From NCBI GenBank assembly GCA_907165135.1, contig OU015570.1:186001-250000 (forward strand): DNA of 64,000 nucleotides, read 5' to 3'. Numbering within the stretch: position 1 is the stretch's first letter; every line of letters starts with the position of its first letter. The DNA is from Oikopleura dioica. Lineage: Eukaryota > Animalia > Chordata. The notes below the pieces were generated by a model. The model had not been told where the DNA came from. It saw nothing but the letters and a program-made list of their open reading frames with translations, and did no database searches. Positions 24,215-36,922 of this stretch are shown piece by piece. The position numbers and the translations under genes were made by a program.

Positions 24215-24695
24215 CCCGTTAACAGGCGCATGGCTGTCTCACGGCCACGCAGACTTTGGAGAGCGATAAGATAAGCGAAACTATGTTTTTTATCAAAAAT
24301 TTTTGTATTTCTTCAAAATTCAATCAATTTTCTGTCTGCTTGTATAAATTTGAAAAAATCGGCATGAAATTCCGCTCAGGAGAAGCGAAATAAAAATTTA
24401 AGTCAGCGAAAAAAAGGGAAAGCGTCATACAAGTCGCCCGCCTTTTCCCTTCTTTCCCTTTTTTTTCAATCTCAGCGCCGAAAATAACGTAACTTTGACA
24501 TCAATTTTGAACCCCTAAACGAATAAGAAAAAGAAAAAAAAAAGATCTAGAAGAAAAAGAAGACGCTTTTGAGTACTCTTGTCTTTTCAGAATTCTATTT
24601 TGTAATCCCTTATTCTCAGAGAACACCAAAAGGTGCGTGGACTTCAGACAGCCACGCGCCCGTTAACGCATAAGATCGGATGCCCAGTTAACGGG
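24215..24695. mobile_element. piggyBac-like MITE
   Basis: TTAA|CCCGTTAAC...GTTAACGGG|TTAA. Confidence 0.75.
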
Positions 24696-25655
24696 TTAAA
24701 TAGATTAAAAGGGTTAAAAGAGGTTTTTTCGGAGCTCAAATTTTCAAGCGCGTGGCCTAATTATACTGCTGAGCTGAATTATTAACTCAAATTGTAAAGT
24801 AGGGCTCGCCAAAAAAAAATCGATGTCTTGAAAGTGCCAGCAAGTATGTTTTTCTTACTTCCCATAATCTAAAACCCAAAACTTTCTATATAACCATACC
24901 CTGTAACTCAACCAAAAAATTTTAAGAGCGAATTTTCGATAAAAATGGCCTTTTTTCGGGGTCCAATCGCTTTCACGAAAAAAAATAAACAAAGAAAGCC
25001 TCTCAAAACTACTTGTATTTGATAGTTACATAAAGCTGAGAGTCTGAGCTTTAATTAGCACTGTTGTTTAGGGTTCTGTCTAAGAATTCTTATTGTAAAA
25101 AAGGTCGTTTTTTAGATAAAAATCAAAAATTGACGTACAGTGAAAACCCATTTTAAGGCCACTTTTTGGATGACAGCAAATTTCAAAAGTGGCCTTAAAA
25201 TGGATATTTATTGCCTTTCGTCGGATGACAACAAATTTTCCCATATTTTTGGGACAAAAATGAATCATAAGGGTTTATAGGGGAAGGCTCGAGTGTTGTG
25301 TTTATATACTGTATTGCGCTATGTATAAATTTGTCCTTTCCTATCAATCAATCCTGACAGCTCAGCGCTAGCTGTTCTTGTGCTCATTATTTTCATTTTC
25401 GTGAACTCCAAATTCTCGTGCTCGTGAACTCCGAATTTTCGTGTCCGTGAACTCGTAAAATCCGAGTCCACGGAATCAGTCCATGAACACGAAACCAACT
25501 ATAAAAACGAGTGCACCTTTTTGAACGCATCATTCTACTTTTCTTTTTTCTGGAATAAACATCTCAGATAAAAATCACTTTGTAGTGTATAATCACTACA
25601 AATTGGTGACTGAGTATTTAAATTTCCCTACCCCCGAAAGAGATATCCACTAAAA

Positions 25656-26305
25656 ATGTCAAACAGACATATCAGAGACGACAAAACGCAACAACCAAAG
25701 AATGATCACGTCGAAAATGATCCTGCAATAAAAGAGCTTGCGAAATTTGTTGATTCCGGAGAAAAAAGCGTCAGTGAAATCAAAATGTTGCTGGCTGCAT
25801 TTCGAGAAAGCAACAAGGATGATAATATCCCTAAGCTTGAAAACCAGAATCCAGCATCGCCAACTTCTCGAGTTATTCCGACGCGCGCTATGAAAAATGT
25901 GACCGTCAAAGTTCAAAATATGACTCGACTCTTCCTATCAGCTCATGGCTCAAAAGTCTCGAAATTTCCGGCAAAGTCTCTGCCCTTTCTGATGAAGAGC
26001 TTATCACTGTAGCTCTGACCAGCTTGCTAGCAAATGAAGATGGCAGCCACATTGCGTTATCACTGTCACTCAGTGAATTGAAAGATTGGAACTCCTTCAA
26101 AACAAAAATGCTTGACTGCCTTGGAAAAACAAGAGACTACTACAAGTTTCAGTTCGAGAACTACGAAAAAGGACCCAATGCTTTTGGTGTCGCGATGGCT
26201 AAACTCTGTTTCTACTTCAAGCAAGGTTATAATGTCGCCGATCTTCGTAAAACTGACGAAGAACTGCTTGTCGAGAGATTCTGTCAGTGTCAAAATGGTA
26301 AATGA
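25656..26305 (+). pseudogene. gag: Decayed gag homologous to the gag genes at ~46000 and ~62330
   Basis: ELKDWNSFKTKMLDCLGKTRDYYKFQF..KLCFYFKQGY aligns with EKQNWNSFKGKLVQVLGKDKEHYKHMY..KLQAFFKKGY. Confidence 0.85.
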
Positions 26306-26578
26306 AAGAACTTCTTTTGCGGGAAAAAGACAAGCTGAGCTAGAGAGATCAATTCGAAAAAAAATATCTGCATAAGAAGCCGTTCTTTTCTTGCTTAAAA
26401 ATGAATACCGACTATACGCACTGAAACGAAAACGACGCTTGCCTCACCAAATGGCTAATCCTAGCCAGATCAGCGATCAAATCCAAAATTTTGTTCATTA
26501 AAAAGAAGGATAACAAAAAACTGGTTTGCAGCGCGACCAGTCAAAAATGCGACCCGTTAACTTCTGACATGCCTTTAA

Positions 26579-27257
26579 GGGTACTACCTTCGATTTCCCC
26601 AACTTTAGCCTTGAATAACCCTTAGCATGGCATGGATAGCGGGTATCATATGGCCTCTAAAAGTTTAACTATCTTAGATCTTTAATCTGTCAGAGGCGTT
26701 TTCGAATAGCTCAATGAAAAGTCGGCGAATTTCTAGCTTAAAAATATCATTGTTGCAGAAAAAGACTGAATAAACGGCGAAATAGCTCGAAAAGTAGCTT
26801 GATAACTTAGCCTGATTATATTTTTTATGTGTAAATTTAACCTTCATCTTAAAAATGACAGACGGTTTTCTTGATTGAAAAAGGAAAAATACCAAAATTA
26901 ATTTTTTGAAAATTCTGTCTTTATGATTTTGCTAAAATTGAGCATTTTTCAAAATTTGGCGACGCATTTTTGTCTCTAGAAGCAAAATATCTTAGTTCAA
27001 TAATTAATCAAGTCACCATAATCCGCATCTTATTCTGAGCTTCAAAAGGAGCCCTTATTTGGAAGAATCGGACACCAAAAAATTTTTCGGAAAAATACTT
27101 TCTAGTACAGAAATCAATTAAAACTCTAATTATTATGAAAACGCTTGACGTTATGAATGAAACGTTCGGACCTTTTTTGATCAAAATTTCATGAGGAATT
27201 CATTTCCGATGAAAAATTTAACATAACCGGTCATTGGGGTAATCGACGGTAGTACCC
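26579..27257. mobile_element. TTAA-TSD MITE with GG termini (Kolobok-like)
   Basis: TTAA|GGGTACTACC...GGTAGTACCC|TTAA. Confidence 0.75.
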
Positions 27258-30200
27258 TTAAACAAACGGTCTTGCGGACATCCAACTCAGCAGAGCTTCA
27301 TTCAACCATCGATCACAGTTATCTTCCAATATGAGATGTTATCATAATACAAAAACCTGCCGCAATCCAAACAATGCAAAATCTTCTAGCAGAAGAAATC
27401 AGCCGATAACCACAATGCATGAATGATGTCGCCGGAGACAACGTTCAACTACGACGTAAACTTAATGCGAAATCAAGCATTTGCATCTGCGAAAGCGATA
27501 AAATTAATAAAAAGGGGGAGAATGGATCTTCACAACATTTGTCGAAAATCCGCATACAGCGTATGTGGTTGCCAATATTTAAAGACCATGGACGTCCGAC
27601 TTACGCAAAATTCAATGGTAGCTCACAGAGAAGGGACCTCTACATAAACTGATTTATCGTCGTTAAAAACCCCATTGAATATCCGCCGCAAAACCAACAA
27701 GACCGCTATCTTTTCTTACGTCGGCTGTTCACGTGGCCACAATCGAACAGAAGACCTTAAGGTCTGATATGTTCATTTCGAGCACGGCTGCGGAAACAAC
27801 AAAATGCAACCTTGTCAATTGGCACCTATCATTAACCTTAAATTGACAACTTCGAATATTCTCAGCGAGAATAGCGGCATTTGCACTGATATCCTCAGCG
27901 AAGGAAATATCAGCTCAACTTAAACATGTCATGCGACAGTATCAACTCAAACTTCAGCGAAGTAAAATGTAAAATCACCTTACAAGAAATCAAAAACAAC
28001 TCGACAAATCTTCAGCGAAGATTATCACTAATAACTGAAATCGCCTTCAGTTCGTTAGGAGCGGTATATGTGATAGTCTTTCGCGGAAACATCACAGTTT
28101 ACTGAAAATGCCGTCAATTTCTCCAAAAAGGCGCCGTATGCGAATTTATCTAGAAATGAATTGTGCGTTTTATGAATCTGCGCGTATTCTGTCGAAAATC
28201 AAAGAAATATTATCTCCAGCGAAGATAAACAAGCAAAAGTATTTGGAGAATAATTCTTTGTCATGCGACTTAATGATGTATCGTTTCATTATTCAGCGAA
28301 GAATCAAAATAAAGCCTTCTCAAACCCAAGAAAAATTCCAAGCACAATATTCGCCTCGCGTTGGAACAGAATTGGGGCGCGTCACGGCTGAGCGCCCCCA
28401 GCAATTATCCCGGTCGCGCCCGAGTCCCGACTGGTACTTGTCAAGCAGCGCTAGAATCGTAAAAAATCTTGAAAATGATTTCTTCATTTTTGCCCCCGCT
28501 CACTCAAAAAGGATCGTGCAACGCTTTTTACTACCAGCGATCTTCAACATCATCATTCCAGTTGATTTTCTACCCATCGCTTACATAGAGAATTTGTAGA
28601 GAACACGCGAAATGATCGAAAACGAGCAAGCAGAAGCAGAATCAATCAAGGCGAAATGCAAATTAAACTACGACGAAATCTTCCAACTTATTGAATAACC
28701 TCTCAAAAAAAAAGAATCAAAATCGTCAACCAGTACCTGTGTAAAACTCGCCGATCAACTACGATCAACCATCTTTCCCTGAAAATCTCAGTGAAATTTT
28801 TAATTGATGTATCTGTTAGAAATTTCTATTTTCCCTACGCTTCGCTTCAAATAATGAGGGAGGAATATGTAGTGTTTATATACTGTATTGCGCTATGTAT
28901 AAATTTGTCCTTTCCTATCAATCAATCCTGACAGCTCAGCGCTAGCTGTTCTTGTGCTCATTATTTTCATTTTCGTGAACTCCAAATTCTCGTGCTTGTG
29001 AACTCCGAATTTTCGTGTCCGTGAACTCGTAAAATCCGAGTCCACGGAATCAGTCCATAAAGACGAAACCAACTATAAAAACGAGTGCACCTTTTTGAAA
29101 GCATCATTCTACTTTTCATTTTTCTGGAATAAACATCTCAGATAAAAATCACTTTGTAGTGTTTAATCATTACACGAGTCTACCGCATGTTTCTATCGCC
29201 CGAATCAAGTATGATTCCAAATGTGTTCTTTAAATTTGACTCTTGGTAATTCTCCCTTTCACTCTTTCAAAAATATTTTTCTGACAACATATCAGAGAAA
29301 TGGATCGAAAATATCCATCGAAATTTTCATGCACTTGAACCCCGAAATCTTCAAGGGATCATGGATCAACACAGGACTACTTCAAGAGGCTTATTTTTGA
29401 GAAGAAATCGAGCAGTTTGAAGATCTCGATGTTGCAGAAAATGTTCTGGACAAGAAGAAGAATTAGTTGAGCAGTTTTCTGGTGCTTCAAATTGATGAAA
29501 CACGTCCTCGGACTCCGATAGAGATTGAAGAAGTGCCTCAAGTTCAAGTGACAGACAATGCCGACACTGAAAAGCCACCGACTTCAAAATGGCCGAAGAC
29601 ACAGTCGAAGAAAGCTAGCTTTTACAAGCGAAACTGTAATTTTCGGATTTTGAAAAAAAAAAATCAAAAAAATTGGCCTTATAGACTATAAGTTATAGGG
29701 GATTTTTTTAGGATGACAGATTTTGGAGACTTTCCAAAAAAGTGGCCTTAAAAGGGTGGGCCTTAAAATGGGTTTTCACTGTATCTTTTTATCAATCATT
29801 CGATATTTTTCAGTAGTTTACTTCTATTCTCCCCAGATCTGAGACGAAACTATTATAGAATAGAGCGTTGCGCTTCTTTTAAGTACTTTGCCGGGTCGGA
29901 AACTTGGGGGTCGGAAACTTGGGGAACTCGAGATATCCAAGGTTTTCTGGTTAAAATTAGGCCAAAAAACTGTGAGTTTGAGGAATTTTTAGTAGGATTT
30001 TATTGGGATTCTTTGGCAAAATCTTGATCCTACCTTCGTAAATAGCTTATTCAAAAAGGCATAAAAAGTTATGCTCGAAAATTCAAAAAATATTGAAATT
30101 TCCGGAGAAATGACGTCATGGCACGTGATCAAAGTCCCAAAAATATAGCTCTAGAATTTTTTCCGCAAGACCTACGCCAGACAGAGACATATCATTCGAA

Positions 30201-30527
30201 TCAAGAACGAACGAGGATTATTTTAAAGTGCAATTCGTAGGGGAGAATTGACATCGATTTTTTTTGGCAAGCCCTATTGTAAAGGACACTGCTTAGACAA
30301 CAGATCATTTTTTGTACTTTTGAAGCAAAAATCGACAATCAGAAAGCAGCTCCGCGCCTGCCTTAAAGGAAAATTCATAAAAAACTTTCTAGAATTGATG
30401 GCCTTGTTGATAATTTCAGGTTTTCCCTCTTTTTTGCTAAAATGGATGCCGAATAATAAGTGATTTTCCTTATTATTAAACCCTTTCGGAAATTGAAAAG
30501 CGGAATGATGATTCCGAATTGTCAAAG

Positions 30528-30617
30528 ACATCTTGAAACGAATCCACCATAAAGCTAAAATGACCGATGGAGTTCTTCTGTTCGCAGATGTGTCAGGCTT
30601 TACAGCTCTTACAGAAA
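30528..30617 (+). CDS. ADCY10: Soluble adenylyl cyclase exon A
   Basis: DGVLLFADVSGFTALTE matches the sAC C1 motif (human DGVLMFVDISGFTAMTE); AG and GT at the edges. Confidence 0.85.
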
Positions 30618-32704
30618 GTAAAAGTTTAAAAAATACACAGTTTTTTATTGAATTTTCGGATATCAAATTTATGGACATTTTTGCAATTTTAAAGGGTTTT
30701 CTTGGGACACTTCTCAAAAGTGCCTGTATCAAATTTTTGGACATTTTCTGCGCCAAAATTTTAATATTCTGTTTTTTTTTTGCGAAATATGACGTTTATT
30801 CTTATCATAAACGTGATTTTTTCTTTGAGAAAGATAAGATTGAAGGTTGATCTCGTAACCAAAATCCGTAGTCCAAAAACTCAAAAATCGAAAAATGAAA
30901 TCATTGACTTTTATCAATTGTGCTCGACCCCCCCTTCGGCCTCAATATTTGAAATTATTTTTCAGGAGATAGACTTTATTTCTCAGAAGAGTTCAATCTT
31001 GCAATAGTTTGAAATTGCGCGCGCCTTTTTGTGATTGGTCAACCGTTTTTGACGAGATTTTTCATACTGGGTCGGGGAAGATTTTTTTGAGAAAGCTAAG
31101 GAAATCGAGAAGAATGAATAAAGAAGACTTGAATTTATTTTTAACTGATTTTTTCTTAATGTTTTGTGCTTTGAAACTGTAAATTATTATTTTTTTTTAA
31201 ATCTTAGTTAATCTCAGTACGGTGATCTTCTACGGTCAACCAAAAAATTTAAGCTTTTGAATTTTGGAAGAACGAAAGAAAGACTTGAGCTCGTGATGCG
31301 AAACATTCGAGACGTCCTGCGCATCCGGGGCTTTTGGGTTCGCGACTTCGATGACCCATCGATTAGCGAAGACTTGAGCAATCATATTCGAGATGGAGAG
31401 TTCAGGTAAACGGACGTACTTAGAGAACAATCAAACGAGAAGATTTAGTGTTGAGTGCATCAATGGTTGTACTGTTCTTCGTGAGATACCCAAACCGGTC
31501 ACTAGTGTGTTGCTGATAACAAACGCCAAAAACTACCACGAATTAGCCCTGCTGATTCTTCAAGAGTACACTAAAGTTCAGTCGAACTCGGGCAAGTGAT
31601 GATTGAATTCAGACAATGGAGGGACTTATTGTATTTTTTACAAAAAAGGAATCAATAAACGATTCTTGGGCGCTGACAGCGATGTGTTGGACAGACAGCT
31701 TTACAAAATCTACTTCAAAAACGTCTTCTTTTCATATGCAAAGGTAGGGAGAAAGATTTGCCTAACCGAGATAAAGGTCTTTCATAGGAAAAAAGGCTCA
31801 ACGAGAAATTTTTATATTCTGTTTTTTTTTGCCAGACATGATGTTTTTTCTTATCAAAAATGATATTTTTCTTTGAGAAATATAAGAAGGTTGATCTCGT
31901 ACCTCTAGAACATTTTTTGTCCTAAGAAGAAGGAAGAAACAGAGAATGATGGAGAATTTTTGGACATTTTTGCGAAAATCGTGGGACAAAAATGTCCATA
32001 AATTCCATAATTAACTGTACTGTTGCGATTTCACTCGCGGGGCGGTTGGTTAAAAAGTGAGGCGCACTTTCACTTAGGCCTGCGGTGTGGTTAAATTCTT
32101 AAAAAACGTAACGTTCTCGTAGCAGAAGAAAAATCGACCTGAGGCTTGGGCTCAGTACGATGTTACCTTGAGAAGCGAAAAAGCGCGTCTGAGGAAAGAG
32201 CGAGATAACAAACGAGGTATGAGCGCGTAACAGAAAATGACAAAATGGGCGCCAAGATGCACAATTCAACGGGGGCGCTCGGTTAGATTACCAAAAATTT
32301 TTAGTATTTTAATACCAAAAATTAGTATTTGAATACCATATTTTTCTACTGGAAACAATTTTTGTCCTTGAAAAACAGGTAAATCACTCGCATTTTTCGG
32401 CGGGCGAAACGAGTATTCTTTGGCGAGTTTGGTATTTGAATACACATAAATTCTGATTCTGTTCCCGAACTTATGAAAATTGAAAAATTAAAAGAACCTG
32501 AAATAATTGGCAACGCGTTCAGCGACGAAATATCAACTATAAAATCAAAACTAAGATCGAACTTGTATCTAAACAATTGTGAAATTGAGATACCAAAAGT
32601 CGATTTTCATGTTGTTGACAGACCAATGCAACACACTGCTATTATAGGCAGGGTGGGGAAAGGTCTACGGCACGGCACGGCACGGCACTGGGGTTAGGGT
32701 TAGG

Positions 32705-32800
32705 CGCTGCCCCGTTCCTTGATTTTTTAATTTAAGGGGCTTGACGGCCCTTCGGGCCGTTTCAGCCCTGTTCCTTGATTTTTAATTTAATTTCTAATTT
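32705..32800 (+). repeat. Partial units of hairpin satellite subfamily B
   Basis: GGGCTTGACGGCCCTTCGGGCCGTTTCAGCCCTGTTC matches the 56862-58018 unit. Confidence 0.8.
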
Positions 32801-33271
32801 AGCCAGGTTTTAATTCAAATTATGGTTTTTATTCAGATTTCAAACAAAAAATAATTCAAAATTTTTCGAAAATAATTTTTCGGGAGATTTCTCGGCCGAT
32901 ACCTACGTTGCAGGCGAATTTATTAAGGACCCCCCCCCCGTCAACAATTTTCCTCAAAAAATCGAAAATTTCAAAAAAGCCATATTTTGGCTTCTTAGTT
33001 ATCCTGGAAGTTCAATTTATCATAAAAACTTGTTCGGAGCACTTTTTGACCAAGAAAAATCTGAAATTTTTAAATTTATAAATCTATAATTTATAGGCAT
33101 GGATAAATAAAAAAACTTGAAAATTGATCTTTGAGATGATTAAGTTAAATTCTTGAATAAAATTTTTCACAAACAAAACACACTAGGGGTTTCTTTATTT
33201 ATTCATTTATTTCTAAGACAAAAAAATCGGAAATAAAAATGATTGCGAATTGATGATTGAAATTTATTTTT

Positions 33272-33308
33272 GGGACGCGTTTCGGTCTCAGTGGACCTTC
33301 GTCAGCCC
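33272..33308 (-). ncRNA. Minimal hammerhead ribozyme (inverted arm)
   Basis: Exact reverse complement of 33953-33989. Confidence 0.75.
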
Positions 33309-33324
33309 TAAGTACAGATTTTAA

Positions 33325-33789
33325 ATGAAAGTTCAAAAACAGTGGAAAACAGTGAGAATAGAACAATGTTTGCATCCAACCTGGAAGCGCCCGGTACCAA
33401 TTGAGCAAAAAAGTGGAGTGGTGTACCATTTCCAATGCCCATGTGGGAAAACGGATTACCAGGGGGAGACAAAGAGACAGCTTGGAACTAGAATTCGTGA
33501 ACATTTTGAGCCACGTTATCGTAGTCCTATGTTTTTCCACTCTTTGAAGTGTCCAAAATTCAGAGAGGAATATGATAAATATCTTAGTGAGCCAGACACT
33601 CCAAAATACAAGCCTACTACATCGAGAGCGTTAATCAAAACCAAATTCTGTTTCAAAAAGAACTTTATTTCTGTTATCTCCAACCAACCGTACTACAAAG
33701 ACCGTGTCCTTTGTGAAGCGTTTTCGATCAAGTTAAATGATCCTTGCTTGAATAAGCAGATCAAATTCGCAGAAGTTAAATTTCTGTAA
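33325..33789 (+). CDS. GIY-YIG endonuclease (PLE type), uninterrupted 154-aa ORF
   Basis: VVYHFQCPCGKTDYQGETKRQLGTRIREH...EAFSIKLNDPCLNKQ. Confidence 0.88.
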   Translation: MKVQKQWKTVRIEQCLHPTWKRPVPIEQKSGVVYHFQCPCGKTDYQGETKRQLGTRIREHFEPRYRSPMFFHSLKCPKFREEYDKYLSEPDTPKYKPTTSRALIKTKFCFKKNFISVISNQPYYKDRVLCEAFSIKLNDPCLNKQIKFAEVKFL

Positions 33790-33952
33790 TGGAGCATTTG
33801 TAATTCGCTTTCTTCTGGCGCTCCATTACATCTGCCCGCGAAAGCGAATTATGTTTTTATGTTTTCAATCTCTGCTTTCATTCGAAATTGTCCACTCTAG
33901 GTGAGAGACTGTTTTTTCCTGTTTTTGAACTTTCATTTAAAATCTGTACTTA

Positions 33953-33989
33953 GGGCTGACGAAGGTCCACTGAGACCGAAACGCGTCCC
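33953..33989 (+). ncRNA. Minimal hammerhead ribozyme
   Basis: ggg-CTGACGA-a-ggtc(cactga)gacc-GAAA-cgcg-TC-cc; GUC cleavage triplet, palindromic stem III, weak stem I. Confidence 0.75.
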
Positions 33990-36751
33990 AAAAATAAATT
34001 TCAATCATCATTCATGAGAGGTCAACACCGACAATCTGATTGCGAATTCTTTAATTTCGAATATTTACTGAAAATAACATATTTGTTAAAATTTACGACG
34101 ACGGAAAAAACTTATATCTATCGAAAACAGATCAAATTCTGTTGTTATCATTGATCAAGGAGCAAAATTTGGATATAATCATAGGGAAAAAGCCCATCAT
34201 AATCTTAACTTTCTCCTGACCGAGAAAGAACTCTTCCCATATGAAAAAATAACGCACTAAAATGAGCTAAGAAAGTGGAGTTACAGAAGAGATCTTCTTG
34301 TCAAACATAATCCACTTGACGATGAAATAAGATCAATTTGCTCGAAAGCCCCTGTTAAGTAAAGAGATGAGCTGAGCAAGATATTGAAAAGACACTCATG
34401 GTCGTTTTCGCGAGGCGTAAGCGACGCAAGACTTTCGCAAAATTATTTGACGGAATTCAAATTAAAAGATGGAAACAATGAACCTGTATATTCAAGACCA
34501 TACAAACTCGACATATCAATGCAAGAAAGTGAGGAAAATTGAAAGAATTAAAAGAATCAGGAATAATAAAACCATCTTGCTCCGCATGGAATTCGCCTGT
34601 TCTTTTTGTAAAAAATAAAGATGGCTCAATAATAGTTAATAATTCTTCCGCGAGTGGAGATAGAACTGTCAACAGTAGGTTAATTATACCCAAATACCCA
34701 TCATAACCAATGAGATCGGTATAATCTAAAGTGAGCTCTTCAATTACAAAATTGATATCCGGAGAATAAGATATACTTCATTGGACTTGATGTGCGAAAT
34801 GCATTTTACAGTATATCTATTATAGAGAAATCGAGAGACATTACAAGTTTCTTATTTGGTGGAGAACAGTTCAGATAATGCAAAAACCCGAAAATTGGCC
34901 GGTTTTCAGATACAAATTCCCGAAAAATGCGGCCAAATTCTCGGATTTTTGCCGGGTAACCAAGTCTTCCCTTCAAAAAGCGAAGTTCCGAAATTTTCGA
35001 AAATCGGCATGATTTTCAAATTTTTGTTTGTCTGAAGACATTTTTATTAAAATTAAGCCATTTTTAATTATTATTAATATTATTAATCATTAATTAATTA
35101 AAACCATTTTAAAAAAGCTAAAGATAATCAGAAATAGCATTATTTTGGGCCAATTCTGATGGGAGATTTTTTATTTTTGAAAAAGCGGCCAAAATTTGGG
35201 TTGATTTCAGGATTCAAAAAAGGCGGATTAAGACAAAAAGCGGCCAAATTTAGGGTGGGCAATTTTTGGGTTTTCACTGTATAAGAGAATGTCTCTAGAT
35301 TTAGCAAGCTAGCAAGGAACAGAAGTAATGAATTAAGATTAACTTCTCAATGCACGTGGTCGGTAAAACCGACCACGGCGACTTTGGTCCTCAATTACTT
35401 CGAAGGTGGTAATCCGTTTGGCCTAATTTTTGGAATGTGCACTTATATGAACAAATCGAACCACTCTGCGAAGTTTCATGAAATTTCTCAAGAGGGTTGG
35501 CGCTTTGCACCAGATTTCTTTCGCGCTCATTTTCGAAAAATCGGAAGGTTTTTTTCGTTGATAATAACATGAATAAATAGCTGAGTGTTCAAGCTTTCTA
35601 ACAGTATAGTTTTGAACTTATTACCATGACGGAAATATGAACAAGAGATCAAAATAGTCGGTGCTGTTTTTCACACTACGGATTTGGCGCGCCGCGCGGG
35701 GCTGAGTAATGCTTGGTGGTCGGTTTTCCCGACCCCGTGTTTTGAGCGCTTAGCCGCGCGCCCGTGTATTGAGAAGTTAATACTTTGTTAATTATTAAGA
35801 TGATTTCTTTGTTTGTGAAGCACTTTTAAGGCCGATTTTCGGATGACAGCGAATTTCAAAAGTGGCCTTAAAATGGATATTTTTTGTCTCGAGTCGGATG
35901 ACAACAAATTTTTTCCTTTCTTGGGAATAAAAGATAAATGAGGGTTCATAAAATTATTTGGAACTTAACTTTCTTTCACTGTTCTTGGAATATACTTTCA
36001 ACTTATTTCCTAAAGAATAGAAAAAGTGTTATTTTTTCGCCCGAACAAAGTATGAATTGCAGCCTTTTTTAGAATATGTCCTTTAAATTGAACTCAATTC
36101 TGATTCTTTCTCTCCTTTTTTTAATATTACAGTTAACTCGCACAATTCGGCCCTTTTTCGACATATCGCAGAAACAAAAAAGGGCCAAATTGTGCGAGTT
36201 AACTGTATCTACTAAACCATGCATTCCAACGCATTGAGTCACTAATGGTTACCTTGATGTGTGGGAGACAACTTAACAGGTGACTCTCGTGCGGGGAACA
36301 AACCTGGATATAAGTCACCATTACATCACCTGGCAGAAGCCGCTTGAACATCCCATCAAGCATGAGTTACATTGACTCACCAATAACAGCACCTTGGAGA
36401 ATCTACACGATTGTTCTTAGACTGTTTTATAAGCTACCTGATTATTCTATTACTGTTCTTAGAAGCTTCTCGAACATTCTTATTTTGCCTTTTCACTGTA
36501 TATAAAGGCCACTTCTGCCATAGTAAAATCATTCTAACCAGAACAAATAAAACAACAAAAACTTCTTTTTATCCATCAACAACAACCTTGCTTTTATAGT
36601 TCTGATTCAAAAAAGCTTGAAGTGTCTTCAATGATGTGGAGGACCTAAGCCTGGCTTCAAGACCATGTTGAAAATGTTCTCTATCAACAGAATCAGATTC
36701 TGCTGAAAAACCGAGCAACCTCACAATTCCATTTTGATCAAACTTCTACAG

Positions 36752-36922
36752 ATACTCTGTGCACAAAGAAGGTGTTTCAGGTTTAACTTCATCATTAAAT
36801 GGATATATAACAGCGATTTGCCAGCATATTCTCGAAAATGGAGGAGACATTCTTAAATTTGCGGGTGATGCAATTCTTGCAATTTGGACATGTAAAAAGA
36901 CAAAAAGTTCCTGATGCGATTG
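36752..36922 (+). CDS. ADCY10: Soluble adenylyl cyclase exon B
   Basis: YSVHKEGVSGLTSSLNGYITAICQHILENGGDILKFAGDAILAIW; needs a 1-nt fix at the A/B junction and in the A-run at 36902-36906. Confidence 0.88.

Larger units (their letters stand above)
25294..29174 (+). mobile_element. Internally deleted Ty3/gypsy LTR element
   Basis: 307-bp LTRs (25294-25600, 28868-29174), CGAG TSD, PBS at 25604-25613, PPT GAGGGAGGAATA before the 3' LTR; no pol. Confidence 0.92.
25138..29781. mobile_element. Tc1-like MITE expanded by the nested LTR element
   Basis: TA|CAGTGAAAACCCATTTTAAGGCC...GGCCTTAAAATGGGTTTTCACTG|TA. Confidence 0.65.
33252..34036 (+). mobile_element. Short Penelope-like element: inverted hammerhead arm, GIY-YIG ORF, hammerhead arm
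   Basis: Perfect 92-bp inverted repeat (33251-33342 / 33919-34010); 12-bp direct repeat TGATTGCGAATT at 33240-33251 and 34037-34048. Confidence 0.88.
32370..34877 (+). pseudogene. pol: Fragmented gypsy protease-RT remnant, interrupted by several insertions
   Basis: VDFHVVDRPMQHTAIIGR (protease end); [28 protein letters not shown] and LDVRNAFYSI (RT) read in 34450-34870. Confidence 0.7.

Noticed and set aside
28108-28599. 163-aa ORF before the 3' LTR
   Set aside because: Low-complexity 3' region of the LTR element with recurring CAGCGAAG motifs; no recognisable domain.
31393-31745. Coding-like stretch with tandem stops (also 53770-54240 and 58500-58920)
   Set aside because: Probably decayed TE or gene fragments, but no motif could be recognised to support a call.
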